Positions 37,849-47,204 of a DNA stretch of 64,000 nucleotides are shown here, one piece after another. Source of the DNA: Minisyncoccota bacterium (lineage in GTDB: Bacteria > Patescibacteriota > Minisyncoccia > Phycocordibacterales > UBA9973); contig JBAZYS010000002.1 in assembly GCA_041659205.1 (NCBI GenBank), positions 1,627 through 65,626 of the forward strand. Reading direction: 5' to 3'. The position numbers were made by a program, and so were the translations under genes. The number at the start of each line of letters is the position of its first letter. Position 1 is the first letter of the stretch. The notes below the pieces were generated by a model, which worked only from the letters and a program-made list of their open reading frames with translations, did no database searches and was not told the origin of the DNA.

Positions 37849-39468
37849 TCACTGCGTGACTTTTGGCCTATATTGTATGGCTTCTAGGATATGATGTTCT
37901 TCGATATTTGGAGAATTTTCTAAGTCAGCGATAGTTTGAGCTATTTTAATAACTCGATGATATGCCCGAGCCGATAACGCTAAACGCTCCGCACTATCAT
38001 CTAGTAAGTCTCGTACCTTGCCCGTGAGGTTGACCATAGCCCCTAAATCTTTCACATTCATTTCACTGTTGGTTATTATATTTTTTTCAAATTTTTTAAA
38101 TCTATTTTTTTGAATTTCTCTCGCTTTCGTGACTCGTTCTTTTATCTTTTCGCTTTTCTCCCCATCCCCTGCTCCTCCGAGCTTTTTATAATCCACATTC
38201 CCCACAGAGACCCAGAGATCAATGCGGTCAATTATCGGACCAGAAAGTTTTCTTTTGTATCTATCCAAGTCTGAAGGTTTACAAATACAGGCTTTTTGTT
38301 TATTTCCCACATTTCCACAAGGGCAAGGATTCATCGCTGCGACTAAAATAAAATTCGAAGGGAAAATAGCAGTCGCTTTAGCACGCGAAATTGAGACAAT
38401 GTTATCTTCGAGTGGCTGACGCAAGGACTCAATTACTCTTTTTTCAAATTCTGGAAATTCATCTAAAAATAAAACTCCACGATGCGCGAGCGTAACTTCT
38501 CCAGGTTTCGGATACGTTCCTCCACCAATAATAGAGACATATGATGAGGTATGATGTGGCGCACGAAATGGGGCAAAGCAAACGAGCTCCCCCATCGTAC
38601 TACCTGCGACAGAATGAATACCTGTAATCTCGAGAACTTCTTCAATATTTAAATCTGGCAAAAGTTGGGAGAACGCTCGAGCGAGCATTGTCTTGCCTGT
38701 GCCTGGCGGACCGTACATCGCGATATTGTGCCCACCGGCTGCTGCTATCTCCAAGCCTCGCTTCGCCCCCTCCTGTCCACGAATATCTGAGAAGTCAGTG
38801 CGCGAAACTTCTTTTTTATAATTTATCTTTGTTTGTGGCTGAGCAATGATTTGTTTCCCAGTTTCCGTGAGCCTAGAAAATTTCTGAGTGGTCTGGCCGG
38901 GGTGTGGGGCCCCGGAGATCCGAGGACCCGAAGAAATTTTACTAGGCTCACGGAAACCAAGATGTTCCACCACTTCTTTTAAACTCTCCGCACCAAAAAT
39001 TGTAATCCCTTCCACGAGTGCCGCCTCGGCTGCATTTTCCTTCGGCAAATATACTTCTTCGAAACCAAGCCTCTTCGCTTCTTGAGCGAGCGGTAGCGCT
39101 CCCCTGATTCTGCGGAGGGTTCCGTCGAGCCCAAGCTCTCCTAGGAAAATCTTTTTCTCAGAATCAAACTTCACATCCCCAGCTGCGAGCATATAAGAAA
39201 GAGCAATACCTAAATCAAAAAAAGGGCCTTCTTTTTTTAAATCAGCCGGGGAAAGGGAAACTATTATTTTTTGATTTTTTGCTTTCGGAGACTTAAAACC
39301 AGAATTCTTGATTGCTCCACTTACTCTGTCTTTGGATTCATCTACCGCTTTATCAGGCAAACCAACCAAGCTAAAAGAATGCAGACCTCGAGAGAGGTCC
39401 ACTTCAATTGTCACGATAGTACCCTTCAGTAAATTAACTTGTGCTGAATAGACTTTTGCAAAAGCCAT
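37849..39468 (-). CDS. comM: YifB/ComM Mg-chelatase-like AAA+ ATPase
   Basis: VGLPDKAVDES, GPPGTGKTMLA, RAPHHTSS, PGEVTLAHRGVLFLDEFPEF, AMNPCPCG; ~32-aa palindrome-encoded insert. Confidence 0.95.
   Translation of the reverse strand: MAFAKVYSAQVNLLKGTIVTIEVDLSRGLHSFSLVGLPDKAVDESKDRVSGAIKNSGFKSPKAKNQKIIVSLSPADLKKEGPFFDLGIALSYMLAAGDVKFDSEKKIFLGELGLDGTLRRIRGALPLAQEAKRLGFEEVYLPKENAAEAALVEGITIFGAESLKEVVEHLGFREPSKISSGPRISGAPHPGQTTQKFSRLTETGKQIIAQPQTKINYKKEVSRTDFSDIRGQEGAKRGLEIAAAGGHNIAMYGPPGTGKTMLARAFSQLLPDLNIEEVLEITGIHSVAGSTMGELVCFAPFRAPHHTSSYVSIIGGGTYPKPGEVTLAHRGVLFLDEFPEFEKRVIESLRQPLEDNIVSISRAKATAIFPSNFILVAAMNPCPCGNVGNKQKACICKPSDLDRYKRKLSGPIIDRIDLWVSVGNVDYKKLGGAGDGEKSEKIKERVTKAREIQKNRFKKFEKNIITNSEMNVKDLGAMVNLTGKVRDLLDDSAERLALSARAYHRVIKIAQTIADLENSPNIEEHHILEAIQYRPKVTQ
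38861..38957. repeat. Structured repeat family C, copy C2, inside comM with reading frame kept
   Basis: 16-bp perfect IR GTTTCCGTGAGCCTAG/CTAGGCTCACGGAAAC plus inner stems; encodes FREPSKISSGPRISGAPHPGQTTQKFSRLTET. Confidence 0.85.
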
Positions 39469-39491
39469 AAATTATTTTAATTTTTGTAACT

Positions 39492-39857
39492 TTATTTGCT
39501 TTCTAAATGCTTTTTGCAAGTTCGAGCAGCTGGATTTGCGTCCAAGCGAGTCATTTCAATATCTTTTTTACAGACTTCGCACTTACCGAAAGATTCTCGA
39601 TTTATTCCTTTCAAGGCCTTTAAAATATTATTAAGTCTTGGCTCTAAAGTTCTCATCGTGGAGGTTCTTGCTTCAAAATCTTCAAACCTATCAGCTTTAT
39701 CATTCTCATCAGCCTCTGGGAACTCTAATTCTTCTGGAGTTGTCTCCCATTCACCTGTCTCTTTATCAAACTTACCCATATCCTTCATCTGCCCTAATAA
39801 TTGGTCCCTTTCTTTTTCTAATTTTTCTTTAATTTTTTTCTTATCTAACATAGACAA
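39492..39857 (-). CDS. TraR/DksA C4-type zinc finger protein
   Basis: Coiled coil with DENDKAD; GKCEVCKKDI...RL.ANPAARTCKKH. Confidence 0.88.
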   Translation of the reverse strand: MSMLDKKKIKEKLEKERDQLLGQMKDMGKFDKETGEWETTPEELEFPEADENDKADRFEDFEARTSTMRTLEPRLNNILKALKGINRESFGKCEVCKKDIEMTRLDANPAARTCKKHLESK

Positions 39858-39909
39858 ATAATAGCATGTTAATTTTTTGTAGCAAGCCCGAACAAATTAC
39901 CTATTTTTT

Positions 39910-40329
39910 TTATTCTAAATCTCTAAAAATAAACCCTTCTTTGTATGAATCAATTCCTAATTTTGTAGCCAGAAACAAAGGAGCGGGCAAATTGCCCAAA
40001 TCATACCAACCCCAGCCATCACATTTATTTGACTCCATTACTTCAGGTTCTCCACTTTTCCAATCTGCAATTACAGCAACTTGTATAAAATGTTTTGGAG
40101 AATAATCTTTTAAATTTGCTAAATATTGAAATTTAATATTACAAATCTCAATCCCTGTCTCCTCTTTTGTCTCCCTTCGAGCACATTCAAAAAAAGATTC
40201 CATATATTCAAGATGCCCACCGGGAAATGCATATTCTCCTGCACCAAAACTGCCATTACGTTTACCCAATAAAATTTTTCCATCTTTTAAAATCATCACT
40301 CCTATTCCAACCAATGGCCTTTTTTCCAT
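39910..40329 (-). CDS. NUDIX hydrolase (NUDT15/MTH2-like)
   Basis: PGGHLEYMESFFECARRETKEETGI Nudix box; EPEVMESNKC..WGW. Confidence 0.9.
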   Translation of the reverse strand: MEKRPLVGIGVMILKDGKILLGKRNGSFGAGEYAFPGGHLEYMESFFECARRETKEETGIEICNIKFQYLANLKDYSPKHFIQVAVIADWKSGEPEVMESNKCDGWGWYDLGNLPAPLFLATKLGIDSYKEGFIFRDLE

Positions 40330-40353
40330 AATTATTTTTTTTTATTAAAATTT

Positions 40354-40800
40354 CTACAAACTCATATCTATATACCTAACTTCATCAGAAAGAATTACTC
40401 CTTTTTTAAAATCTTCCCATAATCTATTTGGCTTGAGAGGTACTGTACCAGAAGGATCTATCCAACAAACTTCTGCTATCTCATGTGCATGTGTTTTTTC
40501 AAGATGTTCAATATTTAAATAATCTTGTGCATTTGTAATTTCAAAGAAAAATTCTACAGACTGTCGAATGTCTCCGTCCATAAAATTATTTACATAAAGT
40601 AACCTACCTATCTCAGGAGTAACTCCAAGCTCTTCAATCATCTCTCTACTTAAACATTCTTTTATGTTTTCTTCCCATTCCAAATGACCACCTGGTAAAG
40701 CACAAAAACTAGTATCGTGTGGATGTTTAACACCCAAAAGTTTACCCTCGTGTATAATGATGCCTCTAGTTCGAACAACAAATTTTTTATCTTTTCCCAT
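40354..40800 (-). CDS. NUDIX hydrolase
   Basis: LPGGHLEWEENIKECLSREMIEELGV. Confidence 0.88.
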   Translation of the reverse strand: MGKDKKFVVRTRGIIIHEGKLLGVKHPHDTSFCALPGGHLEWEENIKECLSREMIEELGVTPEIGRLLYVNNFMDGDIRQSVEFFFEITNAQDYLNIEHLEKTHAHEIAEVCWIDPSGTVPLKPNRLWEDFKKGVILSDEVRYIDMSL

Positions 40801-40847
40801 GAACCAATTATATCAGTTTTATTCTTTTTTTGTGGTAAAATACCAAC

Positions 40848-42107
40848 ATGAAATACGACATAAAAGACATCAATTTAGCAGCTAAGGGAATGATTAGAAT
40901 CGAGTGGGCGAATAAAGATATGCCCGTACTCTCTGGAATAGCAGCAGACTTAAAAAAGAGAAAACCATTTAAAAATATTATCATCGGGGCTTGCTTACAT
41001 GTCACTGCCGAAACTGCAAATCTGATGATTGCCTTAAAAGAAGGCGGAGCAAATGTCACCCTTTGTGCTTCGAATCCCCTCTCCACCCAAAACGACGTTG
41101 CTGCAGCTCTCGTGAAAAATTTCAAAATTCCTGTCTATGCAAAAAAAGGTGAAAATAAAAAAGAATATTTCTCACACTTAAATAGTGTCCTCGACACGAA
41201 ACCAAATATCACTATGGATGACGGAGCTGATTTAGTTTCTGTTTTGCATTCAGAAAGAAAAACAAATATAAAAAATATAATCGGTGGAACAGAAGAAACC
41301 ACCACTGGAGTCTCTCGTTTAAAATCTATGGCCAAAGAAGGGGCATTACTTTTCCCAGTCATTGCAGTGAATGATTCCATGACGAAACACTTTTTTGATA
41401 ATCGATATGGAACAGGTCAGTCCACATTAGATGGCATCATCCGAGCAACAAATAAATTAATTGCTGGTTCTGTTTTTGTAGTCGCTGGTTATGGTTGGTG
41501 CGGTAAGGGACTCGCCATGCGTGCTCGCGGTATGGGTGCCAATGTCATCGTCACGGAGATAGATGCAGTGAAAGCTCTCGAGGCACTGATGGATGGCTTC
41601 CGAGTGATGCCGATGAATGAAGCTGGCGCTGTTGCTGATTTTATTTGCACGGTCACGGGTAATACCAGTGTGATTAACAACGAAACCTTCAATACTATCA
41701 AGGATGGTTGCATAATTTCCAATTCTGGTCATTTCGACGTTGAAATTGATCTCGTTAATCTAAATAAGATAACCAAGAACAGAAAAACACTCCGAGATTT
41801 CGTCGAAGCATATACACTAAAGAGTGGTAAAACTATTTTTGTCCTCGCTGGTGGAAGACTTGTAAACCTCGGAAGTGCTGAAGGACATCCTGCTTCCGTC
41901 ATGGACATGAGTTTTGCGAACCAAGCTCTCGCTGCAGAATTTATTTTAAAGAACAAAGGAAAACTTTCAAATGATGTCCATGTTCTACCTGAAGCTTTAG
42001 ATAAAAATATTGCAATCTTGAAATTAAAAAGTCTCGGAGTAAAAATAGATACTTTAACCAAAAAACAAATTGCATATATGTCTGGCTGGCATGAGGGCAC
42101 AAAATAA
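40848..42107 (+). CDS. ahcY: Adenosylhomocysteinase
   Basis: [54 protein letters not shown]. Confidence 0.97.
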   Translation: MKYDIKDINLAAKGMIRIEWANKDMPVLSGIAADLKKRKPFKNIIIGACLHVTAETANLMIALKEGGANVTLCASNPLSTQNDVAAALVKNFKIPVYAKKGENKKEYFSHLNSVLDTKPNITMDDGADLVSVLHSERKTNIKNIIGGTEETTTGVSRLKSMAKEGALLFPVIAVNDSMTKHFFDNRYGTGQSTLDGIIRATNKLIAGSVFVVAGYGWCGKGLAMRARGMGANVIVTEIDAVKALEALMDGFRVMPMNEAGAVADFICTVTGNTSVINNETFNTIKDGCIISNSGHFDVEIDLVNLNKITKNRKTLRDFVEAYTLKSGKTIFVLAGGRLVNLGSAEGHPASVMDMSFANQALAAEFILKNKGKLSNDVHVLPEALDKNIAILKLKSLGVKIDTLTKKQIAYMSGWHEGTK

Positions 42108-42111
42108 TTTT

Positions 42112-42636
42112 ATGAAAATTGTAATCATAGGAGCACAAGGCGTAGGTAAAACTACCTTAACTGAGCAAATTAATCAAGACAATCCTGATTACAAAATCAT
42201 CCCTGAAGCAGCACGACTAGCTATTGAAGCAGGATATAAACTCGACGAAACTGCGACGATAGAAACAGAGCATTGGCTGATTGCAAAGCAAATTGAATTA
42301 GAAAGTACAAATGACAGCAAGTGGGTAGCTGACCGATCTTGTATAGATTTACTCGCATATATCAACCATTTGTTTTCTGAAGAAAATGCTTTGATTGAAT
42401 TTGCCGAGAAAACATTAGTGCCAAGATTTAGTACTTATGATTTGGTTCTGTATTTACCTAGTGGAGAATTTGAGATTGAGGATGATGGTGTACGAATAAC
42501 TGATATTAATTTTCAACAAGCGATAGATCAAGAGATAAGAAATATTCTAGAAAAGCATAAGGTTCCATTTATTAAAATAGTTGGTTCACCAGAAGAACGA
42601 TTAGCGCAAGTTAAAGATTTATTTAAAGATTATTAA
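42112..42636 (+). CDS. NadR-type/AAA_28 P-loop kinase-like protein
   Basis: MKIVIIGAQGVGKTTL, PEAAR, ADRSCID, EDDGVR. Confidence 0.8.
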   Translation: MKIVIIGAQGVGKTTLTEQINQDNPDYKIIPEAARLAIEAGYKLDETATIETEHWLIAKQIELESTNDSKWVADRSCIDLLAYINHLFSEENALIEFAEKTLVPRFSTYDLVLYLPSGEFEIEDDGVRITDINFQQAIDQEIRNILEKHKVPFIKIVGSPEERLAQVKDLFKDY

Positions 42637-42658
42637 TTTTTTGTAGTATAATATTTTT

Positions 42659-43723
42659 ATGTTTTATAAACACAATAATAATTACACAGTTGAGAGCGTT
42701 ACCTCTGGTCATCCAGATAAAATCTGCGACCAAATATCAGATGCTATCTTAGATGCATATCTAACGCTAGACCCAATGAGTCGCGTCGCGGTGGAAACTT
42801 TCGGTGGTCATGGCAAACTTGTAATCGGCGGAGAAGTCACCTCCACGGGAAAAGTTGATTATGTAAAAATTGCCCGCGAAGTTTATAAAGAAATCGGTTA
42901 CAACGATGAACTAGAAATCTCTGCACACATCGTCACACAATCCCCCGACATCGCGATGGGTGTGGACACAGGTGGAGCCGGAGACCAAGGAATAATGTAC
43001 GGCTTTGCGACAGACGAAACTCCTGAATTTTTACCCAAGGGTGTCGTCCTCGCACACAAGCTCGCGAGAAGTCTAGAAGAAAAAAGAAAAGCTGATGAAA
43101 TAAAATGGCTCGGGCCTGATGGTAAAACACAGGTCACTTATACTGAAGGAAAATTAAATACAGTTCTAGTAAGTACGCAACATTCTCCAGACGTAACACT
43201 TGAAGAAATTAAAAAAGAAATTACTGAGAAAATTATAAATCCTCTCCTCTCTCCTGAAGAGCAAAACACCGTAAAAATATTAGTAAACCCAACAGGCAAA
43301 TTTGTCCAAGGCGGTTTTGAAGGAGACACAGGATTAACTGGACGCAAAATAATGGTAGACACTTATGGCGGACTTATCCCGCACGGAGGTGGATGTTTTT
43401 CTGGTAAAGATTCCACCAAAGTAGATCGCTCGGGTGCATACATGGCTCGCTATGTTGCAAAGAGTCTCGTCGCTGGTGGTTACGGTAAAGAAGTGCTCGT
43501 ATCTGTCGCTTATGCTATCGGCATGGCAGAACCTCTCATGATAGAAGCGATTAATGAAAAAGGAGAAAACTTAGCAGAAATAGTTCGCAAGAATTTTGAT
43601 TTTAAACCACTAGCTATAATCGAACACCTCGGTCTCCGCAATCCAATCTTCCGAGAGACCGCCGCTTATGGCCACTTCGGTAAAGCCAACCTTCCTTGGG
43701 AAAAAATTGAGAAAATAAAATAA
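42659..43723 (+). CDS. metK: S-adenosylmethionine synthetase
   Basis: ESVTSGHPDK, GAGDQG, DGKTQV, GLTGRKI.VDTYGG, GGG.FSGKD.TKVDRS. Confidence 0.97.
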   Translation: MFYKHNNNYTVESVTSGHPDKICDQISDAILDAYLTLDPMSRVAVETFGGHGKLVIGGEVTSTGKVDYVKIAREVYKEIGYNDELEISAHIVTQSPDIAMGVDTGGAGDQGIMYGFATDETPEFLPKGVVLAHKLARSLEEKRKADEIKWLGPDGKTQVTYTEGKLNTVLVSTQHSPDVTLEEIKKEITEKIINPLLSPEEQNTVKILVNPTGKFVQGGFEGDTGLTGRKIMVDTYGGLIPHGGGCFSGKDSTKVDRSGAYMARYVAKSLVAGGYGKEVLVSVAYAIGMAEPLMIEAINEKGENLAEIVRKNFDFKPLAIIEHLGLRNPIFRETAAYGHFGKANLPWEKIEKIK

Positions 43724-43752
43724 AAATTAATGCTATAATTAACATCATAAAT

Positions 43753-44865
43753 ATGAAATCACGTGAAATTATAGAAAAAATACTTAACTCAGCTGATGTA
43801 AAAATTAATGGAAATAGAGCCTGGGATATAAAAGTTCATGACGAGAGATTTTATGACCGCGTCTTAACGAAAGGCACCATGGGCCTCGGTGAATCTTATA
43901 TGGATGGTTGGTGGGATTGTGAACAAATAGACGAGCTAATATATAGAATACTTAAATTTAGTGACAACACTATCATATACAAAAACCTCACAAATATTCT
44001 CCATTTCTTAAAATCCAAATTTTTTAATCTGCAAACTAAAACAAGAGCAAAAACAGTTGCCATAAGACATTATGACTTAGGCAATGATTTATATATGTCT
44101 TTCCTAGACCCATACAATCAATACACTTGTGGTTACTTTAAAGATACGGACAACTTAAATACTGCACAAGAAAATAAACTCGAGCTAATTTGCAAAAAAT
44201 TACAACTAAAATCCACAGACAGAGTGCTCGACATCGGCTGTGGCTGGGGAGGATTTGCAAAATATGCTTCCGAACATTATGGCTGTCATGTCACAGGTAT
44301 CAGTATTTCAGATGAACAAATAAAATACGCAAAAGAATTTACTAAAGATTTACCTGTAGAAATATTGAAAATGGACTACCGAGACATTGTCGGCCAATAT
44401 GATAAAGTTTTAATCTGTGGAATGATAGAACATGTCGGTTATAAAAATTACCGAAAAATTATGGAAATAGTTAAAAAACATCTAAATAAAAACGGCCTAT
44501 TCCTCTTGCATACGATTGGCAAAAACAAATCAACTGCCGCAGTTGACCCCTGGATAGAAAAATATATATTCCCTAATAGCATTCTCCCCGCGGTAAAACA
44601 ATTAGCAAATGCTTACGAAGGCCTATTTATCATGGAAGACTGGCACAACTTTGGACAATACTATGACCCCACCTTAATGTCTTGGTATAAAAATTTTGAT
44701 AAATCCTGGCCTAATATAAAGCAAAAATATGATGAGAGATTTTATAAAATGTTCCGTTATTATTTACTTGCCTGTGCAGGAGCCTTTAGAGCAAGAGACA
44801 TCCAACTCTGGCAAGTAGTACTATCCCCCTCTGGCGTACCAGGTGGATATAAACCAATAAGATAA
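43753..44865 (+). CDS. cfa: Cyclopropane-fatty-acyl-phospholipid synthase
   Basis: GLGESYMDGWW, HYDLGND, LDIGCGWGG, EHVGYKNY, WIEKYIFP, CAGAFRARDIQLWQ. Confidence 0.95.
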   Translation: MKSREIIEKILNSADVKINGNRAWDIKVHDERFYDRVLTKGTMGLGESYMDGWWDCEQIDELIYRILKFSDNTIIYKNLTNILHFLKSKFFNLQTKTRAKTVAIRHYDLGNDLYMSFLDPYNQYTCGYFKDTDNLNTAQENKLELICKKLQLKSTDRVLDIGCGWGGFAKYASEHYGCHVTGISISDEQIKYAKEFTKDLPVEILKMDYRDIVGQYDKVLICGMIEHVGYKNYRKIMEIVKKHLNKNGLFLLHTIGKNKSTAAVDPWIEKYIFPNSILPAVKQLANAYEGLFIMEDWHNFGQYYDPTLMSWYKNFDKSWPNIKQKYDERFYKMFRYYLLACAGAFRARDIQLWQVVLSPSGVPGGYKPIR

Positions 44866-44899
44866 AATCATGCTATAATCTCTATCTGTCATAAACTGT

Positions 44900-45817
44900 A
44901 TGATTCCCATATTTCCTAATTTCAAAAAAATTGGCCTCGAGGACAAAAAAAGTATTGAGTCATTTACTCATCGATACCTACCCTATTCAGATTTCAATTT
45001 CACGAGCCTATGGGCATGGGATACAAAAGATAAACGAATGATCTCTAAACTCAACGATAATCTGATCGTACGCTTAACCGACTATGAAACAAATGAACCT
45101 TCTTTTTCCTTTCTCGGAACCAATGAACCTGAACGTACTGCACGCGAACTTATAAATTTTGCTGAAAAATTCGGCATATCTCCTATCCTACGCTTTATTC
45201 CAGAAGAATCAGTAGCTGGCTTAAAAAACTCCAATCTTCTTGTAGAAGAAGATAAAGACAACTTTGATTATATATTTTCTGTTCCGAAATTAGCTGAACT
45301 GCAAGGCATAAAATTTAAAGAAAAAAGAAATTCAGTAAATAAATTCTTGCGTGAACATCCCAATGCAACTTTTGAACTCAAAGAGTTAAGTAGCCTAGCT
45401 GTGCGTGAGCAAATCCTCTCAGTGCTTCGTCGTTGGAAAAACAAAAAAAGTTTAGACAATAAACCATTTGATTTTAAAAATGAAGAATTAGCAATTGACC
45501 GATTACTCCACACAGCTAAAGATCACAAACTTATTACTTCGTGTGTCTTTTTGGGTGATACAATGATTGGTTTTAGCATTGATGAAATCTTACCCTTTCA
45601 ATATGCAACTTCACATTTTTTCAAAGCAGATAATTCATTTAATGGTGTATATGATTTTCTAAATAATAAAGTAGCACAATATCTAGCAACCCAAAATGTT
45701 ACATTGTGGAATTGGGAACAAGACCTAGGTCTTGAAAATTTAAGAAAGTCAAAAATGAGTTATAACCCGGTTAATTTTCTTTTAAAATATAAGGTTTCTT
45801 TGACTTACAATAAATAA
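44900..45817 (+). CDS. DUF2156 / aminoacyl-phosphatidylglycerol synthase C-terminal-like protein
   Basis: SDFNFTSLWAW, DNFDYIF, HFFKAD, NWEQDLG..NLRKSKMSYNP. Confidence 0.8.
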   Translation: MIPIFPNFKKIGLEDKKSIESFTHRYLPYSDFNFTSLWAWDTKDKRMISKLNDNLIVRLTDYETNEPSFSFLGTNEPERTARELINFAEKFGISPILRFIPEESVAGLKNSNLLVEEDKDNFDYIFSVPKLAELQGIKFKEKRNSVNKFLREHPNATFELKELSSLAVREQILSVLRRWKNKKSLDNKPFDFKNEELAIDRLLHTAKDHKLITSCVFLGDTMIGFSIDEILPFQYATSHFFKADNSFNGVYDFLNNKVAQYLATQNVTLWNWEQDLGLENLRKSKMSYNPVNFLLKYKVSLTYNK

Positions 45818-45836
45818 AGCGTATAATTTATATAAT

Positions 45837-46754
45837 ATGATATGGTTTTTTATAGCACTCATTGGCCCGTTCCTATATGCATTAACGAACCATATAGATA
45901 AAGTACTCTTAGAAAAATATTTCAAGGAAGGAGGTGTTGGTACACTCATTCTATTTTCTTCTCTTCTTTCTGCAATGGCATTGCCATTTATTTTTCTCGC
46001 AAACAAAACATTATTTGATATTAATGGTATGAGTATTCTTGTGCTTGCTGTAGTTGGGATACTGAATGTACTAGTGCTTTGGTGTTGGTTATTAGCTCTC
46101 AAGACTGAAGAAGCATCAGTCGCAGTTGTATTTTACCAGCTTGTACCAGTATTTGGGGTAATATTAGGCTATCTTGTTCTTGGCGAAGTGCTAACACAGC
46201 TACAACTCATCGCTATGGCTACAGTCATCCTTGGCACGACGATTATCTCCTTCGAGATAGACGCAGAAAATAAATTTAAACTCCGAAGAAAGACCATCCT
46301 CCCAATGACTGCGGCCTCCTTTTTTTGGGCACTTGGATCAGTTTTGTTTAAGGCTGTTGCACTAGAAGAGAACCTCTGGAGAACAATTTTTTGGGAACAC
46401 CTCATGCTTGTGCTTGTAGGTCTTTTTATCTTCGTGTTTATGCGTTCTTATCGTGAAAACTTTCTGTTCGCAATCAAAAATAATTCCAAGACAATTCTCG
46501 TACTTAATGTTGCAAATGAATCCTTGTTTATGTTTGGAAACATCGCGTATTCTATAGCATACTTGCTCGCCCCCGTAGGACTCGTACTACTTGCAGAATC
46601 ATTCCAGCCTATCTTTGTTTTAGCTATTGGAATTTTTCTTACAATTTTTTTCCCTCACATATCAACCGAAAAAATACAAGCAAAACATATTTGGCATAAA
46701 ATTATTGCCATTTGCTTAACTGGAATAGGAACATATTTACTTTTTTCTTCATAA
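45837..46754 (+). CDS. DMT/EamA family transporter
   Basis: About 10 TM helices in two repeats; LVLGEVLT..Q motif. Confidence 0.8.
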   Translation: MIWFFIALIGPFLYALTNHIDKVLLEKYFKEGGVGTLILFSSLLSAMALPFIFLANKTLFDINGMSILVLAVVGILNVLVLWCWLLALKTEEASVAVVFYQLVPVFGVILGYLVLGEVLTQLQLIAMATVILGTTIISFEIDAENKFKLRRKTILPMTAASFFWALGSVLFKAVALEENLWRTIFWEHLMLVLVGLFIFVFMRSYRENFLFAIKNNSKTILVLNVANESLFMFGNIAYSIAYLLAPVGLVLLAESFQPIFVLAIGIFLTIFFPHISTEKIQAKHIWHKIIAICLTGIGTYLLFSS

Positions 46755-46808
46755 AGAAGACTCGTATTTCACTCATTGTTCAATTTCTGCTATACTTCTA
46801 ACAACACC

Positions 46809-47204
46809 ATGGAAACTAAACATTCGCATTTTCGAGACCATATTCTACTCTATATACTCTTACCACTCGTCATTATGACTGGAACTGCTTCTTATTATCG
46901 GTTCATGGTCAAACAAGATTATATGGTTGTCTATGAAGGAATTTGTGATCCAAATAGTAAAAGTTGTTTTATAAGTTGCGAAGATGATGATTGCACGAAG
47001 GGTCACTATTATTCTAGAGTAGAAAAATACGCACCTGATTTGTATAAAGAATGTGGGAAGGATATTACAGACTGTAGAGCAGCCAGTGCTTGCATTCCAG
47101 GTGATCATAAATGTTCTATAACCTATTGTGAAACTGGGGTTGATGGAAACAACTGTTCTGAAGCAAACTCGCAAAATAATAATCTAAACGATACTAATAT
47201 ATGA
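46809..47204 (+). CDS. Small membrane-anchored Cys-rich protein
   Basis: One TM helix then about 10 Cys; stop overlaps the kinase start (ATGA). Confidence 0.7.
   Translation: METKHSHFRDHILLYILLPLVIMTGTASYYRFMVKQDYMVVYEGICDPNSKSCFISCEDDDCTKGHYYSRVEKYAPDLYKECGKDITDCRAASACIPGDHKCSITYCETGVDGNNCSEANSQNNNLNDTNI

Noticed and set aside
40801-40847. SAH/SAM riboswitch upstream of ahcY or metK
   Set aside because: Intergenic gaps are under 50 nt, AT-rich and show no aptamer motifs.
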